Below the pieces are notes generated by a model. It did not search any database, had not been told where the DNA came from, and worked only from the letters and a program-made list of their open reading frames with translations. This document shows positions 18,334-27,105 of a stretch of 64,000 nucleotides of DNA, one piece after another (positions within the stretch are counted from its first letter, which is position 1; every line of letters begins with the position of its first letter). The position numbers were made by a program, and so were the translations under genes. The stretch lies in IMG/VR virus record IMGVR_UViG_3300047558_000137, positions 62,001 through 126,000 of that record; one strand, given 5' to 3'.

Positions 18334-18498
18334 TTACCAATGTCGAATTACACCTGCTACAATAAACAGGTTAGTTATGATATATGTTAGCACAATTGCT
18401 GTGCGGATGCAAGCAATACGGTCAGATTCTTTGTCCGTATTTCCTGCTTTCTCTCCAAGTGCCTTGGCCCATAATCTCCAAAATTTATTTCTTTCCAT
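18334..18498 (-). CDS. Small membrane protein (54 aa, not in the ORF track)
   Basis: MERNKFWRLWAKALGEKAG...IRTAIVLTYIITNLFIVAGVIRHW; fills the gap. Confidence 0.6.
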   Translation of the reverse strand: MERNKFWRLWAKALGEKAGNTDKESDRIACIRTAIVLTYIITNLFIVAGVIRHW

Positions 18499-19213
18499 GG
18501 ACAATGTTTTTTATTAAGTCTATATTAAGTTGCCCTTGCAACCATTTTCTATAATAGTTTACAGATTCTTCTGTAGGCAATGTACCTAAATTTTTAAGAT
18601 GTGTAAAAAATTTAGTTTCGCTATATAGGTCCAATAAATTAACAACATAGTCGGCGTCTGTTGTTAACTCTGTCGGTAACCCGTCCCTAAACAAATCTAC
18701 ATTGTTACGAAAGTAATCAACAAGTTGATTAAAGTTTACTGGCAATTGAGTAGGCAAGTTAATAAATTGGGAATCAATCATTGCCCTTTGTTGTATAGAA
18801 TCCTCACCTAGGCATACTGTTGCGTTAAACCTTGCCCAGTTTTCTAGCACAATCGGATACAGTTCTTGACTATAATGTATAGCAACAGTAAAAAGTTGAT
18901 CACCAAAATGTTGTTTCATTGGTAATAACTGATTATGATATACAGTTGCTAACCATACGTGTCTTTTTTCACTTTCGAGGAAAGATTCCAACGCATGAAT
19001 ATTATTAGGCCAATTAATATTTCTCCATCTGCATCTATTAGCCTGTGTAAACATTTTTACATACGGCTCAATAGTTGAACTATTATATAAAAGAATGCCG
19101 TTATCGGTTATATCAGCAATGCATGGCCGAAGCCATGCATTATTAAATCCACCTAAACAAATAATGAATACATCGGCTACAGTAGCCTGTGGAAAAACTC
19201 CAAAATACAGCAT
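18485..19213 (-). CDS. Hypothetical protein (AT-rich)
   Basis: 242-aa ORF coupled to the isocitrate lyase stop. Confidence 0.6.
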   Translation of the reverse strand: MLYFGVFPQATVADVFIICLGGFNNAWLRPCIADITDNGILLYNSSTIEPYVKMFTQANRCRWRNINWPNNIHALESFLESEKRHVWLATVYHNQLLPMKQHFGDQLFTVAIHYSQELYPIVLENWARFNATVCLGEDSIQQRAMIDSQFINLPTQLPVNFNQLVDYFRNNVDLFRDGLPTELTTDADYVVNLLDLYSETKFFTHLKNLGTLPTEESVNYYRKWLQGQLNIDLIKNIVHGKK

Positions 19214-20421
19214 TAATGGAATTGATCAGCTTCGGTTGAATGTTTGTTAGCTACAGTAGAAGTTGCGCCCACTGCTTCACTAATCAAGTCAAAATAACCA
19301 ACGCCAACTTCACGTTGATGTTTGACAGTAGTGAATCCACGTTCTTGGGCCGCAAACTCACGCTGTTGCATTTCACTATATCCAGCCATACCACGTTCCT
19401 TGTATGCTTCTGCTAATTCAAATGTAGCTAAGTTAACTGAATGGAATCCTGCTAATGTAATAAATTGGAACTTGTAGCCTAGTTCACCTAGTTCACGCTG
19501 GAATGATTCACACTCGGCTTCGCTTAAAAACTTACGCCAATTAAAACTAGGACTACAGTTATAAGCAAGCATTTGATCAGGGTACTGTGCGTGTATAGCA
19601 TCGGCAAACTTTCTAGCTTGTGCAATATCAGGCGTACTAGTTTCGAACCATAAGAGATCAGCGTAAGGGGCATAAGCAAGACCTCGGCTAATACAAGCAT
19701 CAATACCATTTTTAAATTTGTAAAAGCCTTCGTCAGTGCGTTCATTGATAATAAAGTCCTTGTCCAATGGATCATGATCTGATGTGATAAGTGTTGCGGC
19801 TTCGGCATCTGTGCGAGCCATAATAACTGTGTCAACACCTGCAACGTCTGCGGCTAAACGTGCGGCATTTAGTGTGCGAATCATTTGTGATGTTGGAACA
19901 AGAACTTTGCCACCTAAGTGACCGCATTTCTTTTCACTTGCTAACTGGTCTTCAAAGTGAACACCTGCCGCACCTGCTTCAATCATATGTGTCATTAACT
20001 CGTATGCGTTTAATGCGCCACCAAAGCCTGCTTCTGCATCTGCTACGATAGGCAAGAAATAATCTGTTGTTACTTTGCCTTCACTATGTTCAATCTGGTC
20101 TGCACGACGGAATGCGTTGTTGATACCTTTAACTACACGAGGAACACTGTCAACTGGGTATAGTGATTGGTCCGGATATGTAGTGTTTTGTGTATTATTA
20201 GCAGCCGCTACTTGCCATCCGCTTAGATAGATGGCCTTTAATCCTGCTTTAGCATGTTGAACTGCCATTTGTCCATTGTATGCACCTAATGTATTAACAT
20301 AAGGCTCATTGGCCAATAATTCGCGTAGTTTGTGTGCTCCACGCTTCGCTAATGTGTGTTCTACTTGTAAACTACCTTGTAGCCTACGAACTGTTTCTTG
20401 TGTATAATTTCTTTTCTTCAT
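19213..20421 (-). CDS. aceA: Isocitrate lyase (glyoxylate shunt)
   Basis: [64 protein letters not shown]; likely start MKKRNY at 20421 with AAGGA SD. Confidence 0.95.
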   Translation of the reverse strand: MKKRNYTQETVRRLQGSLQVEHTLAKRGAHKLRELLANEPYVNTLGAYNGQMAVQHAKAGLKAIYLSGWQVAAANNTQNTTYPDQSLYPVDSVPRVVKGINNAFRRADQIEHSEGKVTTDYFLPIVADAEAGFGGALNAYELMTHMIEAGAAGVHFEDQLASEKKCGHLGGKVLVPTSQMIRTLNAARLAADVAGVDTVIMARTDAEAATLITSDHDPLDKDFIINERTDEGFYKFKNGIDACISRGLAYAPYADLLWFETSTPDIAQARKFADAIHAQYPDQMLAYNCSPSFNWRKFLSEAECESFQRELGELGYKFQFITLAGFHSVNLATFELAEAYKERGMAGYSEMQQREFAAQERGFTTVKHQREVGVGYFDLISEAVGATSTVANKHSTEADQFH

Positions 20422-20431
20422 ATATTTCCTT

Positions 20432-20647
20432 TTAAGTTCCACAATCCATGCGCCAAGGACACATAGATAAAGTAACAGTTGCACAATCATCCTGACCAAA
20501 ACATCGTGGTTGATTGGTTCTCTTTAATCTAATTATTGTGTGAATCTTTTTGCGTTCTTCGCTATTGCTATGCCCTGTATTAGAGAGCATGGCTTCTTCA
20601 TTGAGCAATTTTTGCAGCTCACTTAATCCAGAAGATTCTCGTTCCAT
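20432..20647 (-). CDS. Possible small Cys-containing protein
   Basis: ORF fills the queD-aceA gap; C-terminal RC...DC...MCPWRMDC; start uncertain. Confidence 0.4.
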   Translation of the reverse strand: MERESSGLSELQKLLNEEAMLSNTGHSNSEERKKIHTIIRLKRTNQPRCFGQDDCATVTLSMCPWRMDCGT

Positions 20648-21177
20648 TCTCGGTGCCCTTCACGGTATGCCATGTTGCTTTGTGTTTCACGTACCTCAAC
20701 TCTGTAGCACCACAAACGTTCAGCTTCTCCTGGGCCCCACATCTCGGGGATGTAAACGCCATTGACATACTTGTAAAGCATATCTGAGAGTGCTTCGCAT
20801 CCTAGTGCAGGAAGTACAACAATCTTGGCCATTTTCTTTTCTTGCAACAGTTTAAATGTTTCCATTTCTGGATCATCTTGTGCAACAATTAGCGTGTGGT
20901 CAAATTGATCTTCTAGTGTCTTTTTTAGTTCTTTAAGGCCGCCGTAGTCCGCGGCCCAATTACGAACGTCTAGGTCATTGGTTCCAAAATAGAACTTCAT
21001 ACTAAACGCATAACCATGAATCAAATTGCAGTGACTATCCGCACGCCACTGACGGTATGCTACTGGAAATGCATTGTGATATTCTTTTGTACTTGTGTAC
21101 TTGTATTGTACTGGTCGGGTGTTTTGTAAGTTTTCTTCTAGATGACGAATCAAGTCGCCGGTTGATGAGTTTGCCAT
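20623..21177 (-). CDS. queD: 6-carboxytetrahydropterin synthase
   Basis: HCNLIHGY, DYGGLK..K..L..QFDH, E.L, VRET.SN; AGGAG SD. Confidence 0.88.
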   Translation of the reverse strand: MANSSTGDLIRHLEENLQNTRPVQYKYTSTKEYHNAFPVAYRQWRADSHCNLIHGYAFSMKFYFGTNDLDVRNWAADYGGLKELKKTLEDQFDHTLIVAQDDPEMETFKLLQEKKMAKIVVLPALGCEALSDMLYKYVNGVYIPEMWGPGEAERLWCYRVEVRETQSNMAYREGHREWNENLLD

Positions 21178-21184
21178 TGTGAAT

Positions 21185-21250
21185 CTCCTATAAGTTAATA
21201 TAGGCTTGCAGAATTTGTATAGCGGGATGAATGCCGAGAAAGGCCGCTGG
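21185..21250 (-). promoter_or_regulatory. Candidate preQ1-I-like riboswitch/structured leader of queD
   Basis: AGCGG...CAUC-CCGCU stem followed by AUACAAA; CCUAUA/UAUAGG hairpin overlaps the SD. Confidence 0.45.
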
Positions 21251-21259
21251 TTGAATTAG

Positions 21260-21265
21260 TATTTA
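21260..21265 (-). promoter_or_regulatory. T4-like late promoter box TAAATA
   Basis: GATAAATAC overlapping the PRTase stop, upstream of the queD leader. Confidence 0.5.
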
Positions 21266-21796
21266 TCTCCACCAGTGTTCCCATGGAAAAACACACCAAA
21301 TATCAATCTCTTGTTTGTTGATAGTATGACCAACATAGTTAACATCTTTAAACTCGCTAGCATCGTTATTAATCAATGCCGCGGTACGCACGTTGGCGCC
21401 CCAGATGTCTTGCCAAGCAGGATCATTAGGCATACAACTGCTACGCCAATCCTCTTGTATCCATTTGAATGTTGCACCACTGTCATTAATGTCGTCAACA
21501 ATCAAAATGTTCTTACGCTTGAACTCATCACTTTGCCCATCTTCGTAGCCAAATGCATCTTCGCTCATCCAGAGATTACTTTCTGGGCCAAAGTCGCTGT
21601 CACGCAGACTTGCATTAAGACTATGCATAGGAATGTTAAAGTAATGACTCAACATTACAGCAGGAGTAAGTCCACCACGTGATAGGCCTACGATATAATC
21701 TGGGCGCCAGTTATCTGCAACGATTTCGCGGATAATATTATGAAGCCACCCATTAACTTCATTTTGTTCGTAATATACTTTAGTAGTAGAACTCAT
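21263..21796 (-). CDS. Type I phosphoribosyltransferase (xanthine/guanine PRT-like)
   Basis: YIVGLSRGGLTPA and ILIVDDINDSGAT (PRPP-binding loop). Confidence 0.88.
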   Translation of the reverse strand: MSSTTKVYYEQNEVNGWLHNIIREIVADNWRPDYIVGLSRGGLTPAVMLSHYFNIPMHSLNASLRDSDFGPESNLWMSEDAFGYEDGQSDEFKRKNILIVDDINDSGATFKWIQEDWRSSCMPNDPAWQDIWGANVRTAALINNDASEFKDVNYVGHTINKQEIDIWCVFPWEHWWR

Positions 21797-22142
21797 TTAC
21801 TTCTTTCAAATTATGTTTAACAACACGTTCGTTGAATTTTAACAGAAACATACTGGCAGTACTAGCATCTTTGCCTAAAAAGTGTAGGCGAACATTACCA
21901 GTTCCGTCTTGCATATAATGACAGGCTTTGCTGTTATAAGACACATATGATCTGCGTGTATGCTTACCTCGGTGCGAGTATTCATCTTTGTGTGATACTG
22001 TACCTTCGATTAACCTATACCAGTCAACTATCTCGTCGGTTAACTGATCTATGTCAATAGTGATACCGTATGCTACAGTACAGCCTGGTGGTAGTGCGAT
22101 CATTTTGCTCTGGCAGACAAATATTCTTCGTGCTGTACCCAA
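21780..22142 (-). CDS. Hypothetical protein
   Basis: 120-aa ORF; start uncertain. Confidence 0.55.
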   Translation of the reverse strand: MGTARRIFVCQSKMIALPPGCTVAYGITIDIDQLTDEIVDWYRLIEGTVSHKDEYSHRGKHTRRSYVSYNSKACHYMQDGTGNVRLHFLGKDASTASMFLLKFNERVVKHNLKEVNEFYY

Positions 22143-22558
22143 CCTTTGTTGGTTAGGAATCCCCAGTCACGCCGCTGTGGGCCTGGCATAAACAAGGTCC
22201 AACAATCTACTGCGGGGTCAAGTTCAATGCGGTGGTAACTGTTTGCACCAGCCATTCTAAAGCTGCCTGGGCCACACCAGCGAGCAATTTCGCCAATCTT
22301 TTTTCCGTTGGCATCAAACTGTGGACGCCATTCCCAGTAGCCGCCTTTTAGGATAAGAGTGGCATAAGGCCAAGGGTGGTCATGCACATCATCGGGATCT
22401 GATTTGAGAAACTTGTGCAAAAACACATTAAACGGAAACCGTGTACGGTCTGTGAGAAAGAGGTAATATCTTTCAAGGTATGGTTCATCATTGATCCTAT
22501 CCATAACAATACGCTTGCGACCCATTCGTTCAAGCAGGTTGAGAAACTTAGTAAACAT
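22100..22558 (-). CDS. Cupin-fold protein
   Basis: LHKF..SD..D.HDHPW...LILKGGYWE...HRIEL...WTLF. Confidence 0.65.
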   Translation of the reverse strand: MFTKFLNLLERMGRKRIVMDRINDEPYLERYYLFLTDRTRFPFNVFLHKFLKSDPDDVHDHPWPYATLILKGGYWEWRPQFDANGKKIGEIARWCGPGSFRMAGANSYHRIELDPAVDCWTLFMPGPQRRDWGFLTNKGWVQHEEYLSARAK

Positions 22559-23760
22559 TACATCTCCTGAGTGTAAAGGGTTCTGTTAATAGATTGTAGC
22601 ATATACAACTTACCTGTGCTAGAGTTTTGGTAAACAACACCCGAGTCTACACTCCAGTTAAATCCTGGCGTATATCCTGCTTGTTGTGCCATCTCAACAA
22701 AACGATTTTGGTTATATGCTACTACTGTATTGTTTTGAATCTTGTATAAACGGCTCTGTAAGTTTGATCCGCTAACATATAGATACTGTGTGCCATTAAA
22801 CACTAGTGCTCTGTGATGGTATAGGCTATAGACATTGTCTTCAACAGTGTATGCGTAGGTATAGTTACCGGCCCCGTTATTTGTCCATACTTCTCGTCGA
22901 CCTTTTGTATTGTCTGTTGTGCTGTTAAACACTAGAATAAAGTCTCGATGCCCGTCATTGTTAACATCAAGGCTAACACTGTCAATTAAATCATTGGTGG
23001 CAGGATCTTGACTAGACACATTAACTGTACTAATTAAATTCAAGTTGCTATCATAGGTATTAATGTGATTACTGTTGCCCGCTACAATAGACACACGGCC
23101 ATTTGATTCATGATTAATACTGCAAGTTGCACCCGAGCCAATGGCTGTGCTAAATGTGAAAGACCGGTTGCCGTTGTTAATATATAGCCCACCTTGTGTT
23201 GTATGTGTAGCCTGATCATAAACTCCACGCACTAAAACATCCAAGCGTCCATCATTGTTAATGTCGTCTACACAGGCACCGTGGCTATCTAACTGCTCGG
23301 GTAATGTCTGTTGTACAAACTGTCCGGGCTGATTCCAAAAGATAACACTGTTTACTGCACAACCGCCAACACAGCCATCATTGAAGCCGGGAATAAAAAT
23401 ATCATTGCGTCCGTCATTGTCAAAGTCTTGTATAAAGATACGCTGACTGCCACCGTATGTAACCACAGGAAGAATACTAGCGGTGCGGTCAACTAAGGTA
23501 CCATCAGTGTTTTGTATGAGCACATAGATGTTAGTATTAGATCCGGGACCCGACCAGCCGCCCACAACAACATCATCTAATCCGTCACCATTAAGGTCGC
23601 CAACAGCCATGTTTCGAATGCTACCTGATGTATAGGTTAACACAGATTGCAATGCTTTAGTATTACTAGCAGGAGTAGCAGGAGCAGAACCTCCTCCCCC
23701 GCCGCCTCCGCAAGCAGTTAATACTAAAGTTAACAAAAAAGGTGCAATGAGTTTTATCAT
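22558..23760 (-). CDS. FG-GAP/VCBS-repeat beta-propeller lipoprotein
   Basis: Signal peptide with LTAC lipobox then poly-Gly; GDLNGDGLDD, DFDNDGRND, DINNDGRLD, DVNNDGHRD repeats; likely start at 23760. Confidence 0.8.
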   Translation of the reverse strand: MIKLIAPFLLTLVLTACGGGGGGGSAPATPASNTKALQSVLTYTSGSIRNMAVGDLNGDGLDDVVVGGWSGPGSNTNIYVLIQNTDGTLVDRTASILPVVTYGGSQRIFIQDFDNDGRNDIFIPGFNDGCVGGCAVNSVIFWNQPGQFVQQTLPEQLDSHGACVDDINNDGRLDVLVRGVYDQATHTTQGGLYINNGNRSFTFSTAIGSGATCSINHESNGRVSIVAGNSNHINTYDSNLNLISTVNVSSQDPATNDLIDSVSLDVNNDGHRDFILVFNSTTDNTKGRREVWTNNGAGNYTYAYTVEDNVYSLYHHRALVFNGTQYLYVSGSNLQSRLYKIQNNTVVAYNQNRFVEMAQQAGYTPGFNWSVDSGVVYQNSSTGKLYMLQSINRTLYTQEM

Positions 23761-23766
23761 GCACCT

Positions 23767-23775
23767 ATTATAACA
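23767..23775 (-). promoter_or_regulatory. Extended -10 promoter for the lipoprotein gene
   Basis: TGTTATAAT (TGn-TATAAT) 6 nt upstream of the ATG at 23760. Confidence 0.5.
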
Positions 23776-23785
23776 TAGTTTCGAA

Positions 23786-24529
23786 TTAACGCGGAGCGAA
23801 CTCTTGCTGTAGCTTGATGTTATCAAAGAACTCTTTTTTAGTACTTTGATCCCGTTCAAATGCGCCTTTTAGTACTGTGGTCTGTGTGAGGCTACTGTGC
23901 GCCATAATACCACGATTCTCGCAGCATCCGTGGGTAGCTTGGATATATACCGCAACATCATTCGATCCAGTGGCAAACCCGATCTCACGAGCGATGTCCA
24001 TGCAAAGTTCTTCCTGAAGTGTTCCGCGGCGAGCACACCATTGTGCGATTCTAGTATACTTACTAAGTCCGATGAGCTTTGGCCCAGCAATAATTCCAAT
24101 ATAAGCCACGCCTGACACAGGCTGATGGTGATGGCTACACATGCTCTTAAGCTCACTACGCACAACCAACATGCCTTCGTATCGTCCTTCTGTGTCATTT
24201 GGGAAAGCCGTTGCGTTAGGTGTTGGTTCGTAGCGACCAGCCATGATTTCATTGTAGTACATTTTTGCAAGGCGTCTTGCTGTACCTTTACTGTTAGGAT
24301 CATTTTCTCTATCAATCAATAATGTGTCTAGTACACGTTCAAATGCTTCTGTAGCTTCGTCGATTAGTTGATCTTTCATTTTGTCGTCGATGTATTCGCT
24401 GACATTATCTCCTGCCCAGAATCTTTTGCCATCACGTTTAAATTTAAAGCGAAGGTGATCGCATACTTTGCCTAATCCATATCCGCCGTCTCCGGCCATT
24501 GCATCTAGTGCTGTTTCTTTATCTGTCAT
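23786..24529 (-). CDS. folE: GTP cyclohydrolase I
   Basis: GTARRLAKMY, SMCSHHHQP, IGLSKYTRI, RRGTLQEEL, HGCCENRG. Confidence 0.93.
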   Translation of the reverse strand: MTDKETALDAMAGDGGYGLGKVCDHLRFKFKRDGKRFWAGDNVSEYIDDKMKDQLIDEATEAFERVLDTLLIDRENDPNSKGTARRLAKMYYNEIMAGRYEPTPNATAFPNDTEGRYEGMLVVRSELKSMCSHHHQPVSGVAYIGIIAGPKLIGLSKYTRIAQWCARRGTLQEELCMDIAREIGFATGSNDVAVYIQATHGCCENRGIMAHSSLTQTTVLKGAFERDQSTKKEFFDNIKLQQEFAPR

Positions 24530-24530
24530 T

Positions 24531-25130
24531 TTAATCCTTGATAGTGATTGTTCTTAAATCTGGGTACTGTACTAATACAGGGTCAACTGGAAACTCTTTA
24601 AGTTTTTCTAGTAAAGCAAGTCCTCGATCGGCTTCTTCAATAGTAGGCTTATAGTGATATCCAACTCTAAACTCTCGTTGTTCTACCCAGGGTGATGTAT
24701 TTAGGTCGCGGCCATCATAGCGCATTAAAATTATTGCATCATATGCAGCCTTGTCGTCTAACAGTATAGCACCTCCGCGGCCGATTTGTAAAGGCTTTCC
24801 TTGTCCAAAGCTGAGACATTGCATCGTTCCTGCTCGATACATATTCTTTTCTAAACGTCTAGCACTATCCCATATTCTAGTTAATCCAAAAGGATATTCT
24901 CCAATCCATTGTTTAGGCGAATGATTTTCATACATGTACTTAATTTCTAATTTATGCATAAGCATAGGGATACTCAGATAGGTAAACGGCGTCATAATAA
25001 CTTCCTGTACCTGCTCATAACGCATACACAACTCAATTGCGTGTGTACAACAGTCAGTCATGACGGCGTAAGGAGCACCTGTATACTCTGCTAGTGCTGT
25101 TTCAAATTGTTTAATTTTATCAAATGTCAT
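24531..25130 (-). CDS. Short DegT/DnrJ-like PLP-dependent aminotransferase
   Basis: FE..LAEY.G..YAV.TD.CT.AI.L, WDSA, LSFGQGKPL, GGAILLDD; only 199 aa. Confidence 0.7.
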   Translation of the reverse strand: MTFDKIKQFETALAEYTGAPYAVMTDCCTHAIELCMRYEQVQEVIMTPFTYLSIPMLMHKLEIKYMYENHSPKQWIGEYPFGLTRIWDSARRLEKNMYRAGTMQCLSFGQGKPLQIGRGGAILLDDKAAYDAIILMRYDGRDLNTSPWVEQREFRVGYHYKPTIEEADRGLALLEKLKEFPVDPVLVQYPDLRTITIKD

Positions 25131-26155
25131 AGATACATTGTCTCCATTGACTGAGGATTATCTAGAATATTTTGTATATTGATATTGTGTATGTTAGGCC
25201 TACATGGCTGGCAAAAAGCAACTCTAGTTTGATTATAAACTTCCATATGACGCTCACCCAACCATTCATCTCTAAAGTCACCCGAGTCCCACGACCCAAT
25301 TCTGAAATTAGGATTACCTTTATTTTCACAGCAGGTGTATATTCCACCATCTGCACAGAACACAGGAAAATGAAACATCTGATGACACTTCTTATAATTA
25401 CGTGTTAGATACTTGTTTAAGTTGATTTTATGTTCAACTTGATATCTCTTGCCTAGTTCATCTATCAGGGCCAGAGTCTTATTAGATATGTGGTATGCTA
25501 CATTGTTAACAATAGCCGGCCTAAAAAATACTGATCTGGCTCGTGTATCTCGGACTAACATAAAAATATCTGTTAGGGCCTGTTCGTTATCGTTGTAATC
25601 ATTAAGCAGTATTTTAAAATCAACATTTACACCAGCATCGATTAACCCACGTGCATTATTAATAACCTTGTTAAAGATACTTTTTTTAGGTATAGAACGT
25701 CGAATAGTTTCGTATAATTCTTCTGTTGCGGCATCTATATCAATACCTACCCAACCTAATTTGCGTAGCTTATCTACTGGTACTTTATTAAGTAATACAT
25801 CTAAGTTTGTGCCATTGGTTGTAATACTGGTTAGGAATCCTAGATCAATGGTATGTTCGATTACGTTTTCGTACCCTTTAAGCAAGGTGGGTTCCCCTCC
25901 GCCCGGGTAAGTGATAGTGTGTAAACTGCCATAGCTTCTGGGACTATGTGAACGCCAAGAAGCCAAACGATCTAGTAATTCTATATATTCACTGTATTGT
26001 TTTTGTACAGGCATTTCTTTTCTAAACTCTGCACTGTTACAATAGAAGCAATCTTGATTGCAGATATTAGTTAGGTCTATGTCGATTGATGCAGGCAATA
26101 TCTTCATGGTAGATGAATTGCCCATCCAGTGTACTACTTCAGCGTATTGATACAT
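25127..26155 (-). CDS. Radical SAM protein with SPASM/twitch-like C-terminus
   Basis: CNQDCFYC, GGGEPTL, TTNG; C-terminal C...ADGGIYTCC...CQPC. Confidence 0.85.
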   Translation of the reverse strand: MYQYAEVVHWMGNSSTMKILPASIDIDLTNICNQDCFYCNSAEFRKEMPVQKQYSEYIELLDRLASWRSHSPRSYGSLHTITYPGGGEPTLLKGYENVIEHTIDLGFLTSITTNGTNLDVLLNKVPVDKLRKLGWVGIDIDAATEELYETIRRSIPKKSIFNKVINNARGLIDAGVNVDFKILLNDYNDNEQALTDIFMLVRDTRARSVFFRPAIVNNVAYHISNKTLALIDELGKRYQVEHKINLNKYLTRNYKKCHQMFHFPVFCADGGIYTCCENKGNPNFRIGSWDSGDFRDEWLGERHMEVYNQTRVAFCQPCRPNIHNINIQNILDNPQSMETMYL

Positions 26156-27105
26156 GTTTTTATTTCTTGTTTATATGGTTGCCCGAACAGCCCTGCAAAA
26201 AAATTGTCAGCATTTCTTTGTCTACGAGCAAGGGTATGTTGATTTAATTTATACAGATCTTGGGCCATTAACGAATCTAATAATTCGTGTACCTTGTCTA
26301 TTCTACTAGACCAGTTTAATTCTGTATCATAATACTTATGATCAACAATATCGTCAAATGTGTCCACACCTAAACTACGCAAGTGATCTACAGCACCTGG
26401 TGCACCGATCATTAAAAATAATTGCCCACTGGCAACGGATTTCCATGTCTTCTCTGTAATAAAGACTTCAGGTAACACTGTTGTTTCTGTGATAAGATTT
26501 ATATAACTGTTACTATATGCAGGATTATAAATTTCATCTTCGACCCCGGGGCGAATTTTATTTCTATTAGGCAATGAATCTTTAATTGTATTCCACTCCT
26601 CGGCAACACTAGGCTCTAATTTATAATCGTCGTGTCTGCCGGGATCAAAGTCGGACCGGTGCATAGTAAACAGCATTTTGTCAAAGTAGGACTTTTTGCG
26701 TAATGCCAGATAATTATAGATTCTATTAAAACGTGGTGCGGCATTAAGGCATGACACAGGATAGAGTTTTTCTAGTGTGTTAATACGTAAACAGCGTTGA
26801 TTAAAATTATCTTTTGTCCATTCGTACCACCACGGATAAAATAATAATCTAGGTTTTCTTAAATGGTCAGCTGGATTATATGTTAAAAGAATAAAGTTTA
26901 TATTATTTTCTTCCAGTAACTGATATACGTAATCAATAGAAGTTGACCAATGCTCACTGCTTAAATCAGCAATAACCAATGGATAGTTTTTAAATTCTTC
27001 TATGTGCTCGACAATATTATAGTTGATATTATTGAGAAAATAAAAGGCATTTGTTTGGTTTCGAAGAACTATCAAGTCGCTGGTTGGGCTCTGCTGCAAT
27101 ACCAT
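26134..27105 (-). CDS. Putative glycosyltransferase (GT10-like TEK motif)
   Basis: YINLITET...FITEKTWK...GQLFLMIG; paralogue of 7439..8620. Confidence 0.5.
   Translation of the reverse strand: MVLQQSPTSDLIVLRNQTNAFYFLNNINYNIVEHIEEFKNYPLVIADLSSEHWSTSIDYVYQLLEENNINFILLTYNPADHLRKPRLLFYPWWYEWTKDNFNQRCLRINTLEKLYPVSCLNAAPRFNRIYNYLALRKKSYFDKMLFTMHRSDFDPGRHDDYKLEPSVAEEWNTIKDSLPNRNKIRPGVEDEIYNPAYSNSYINLITETTVLPEVFITEKTWKSVASGQLFLMIGAPGAVDHLRSLGVDTFDDIVDHKYYDTELNWSSRIDKVHELLDSLMAQDLYKLNQHTLARRQRNADNFFAGLFGQPYKQEIKTCINTLK

Noticed and set aside
20422-20499. Hydrophobic N-terminal extension on isocitrate lyase suggesting membrane anchoring
   Set aside because: A better start with an AAGGA SD lies at 20421, and the extension overlaps the upstream ORF; likely an ORF-calling artefact.
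23685-23712. G/C-rich low-complexity run
   Set aside because: It encodes the poly-Gly tether after the lipoprotein Cys; it is not a separate repeat element.
23761-23859. N-terminal extension of the FG-GAP protein
   Set aside because: It overlaps the folE 3' end; the signal peptide, lipobox and promoter indicate a start at 23760.
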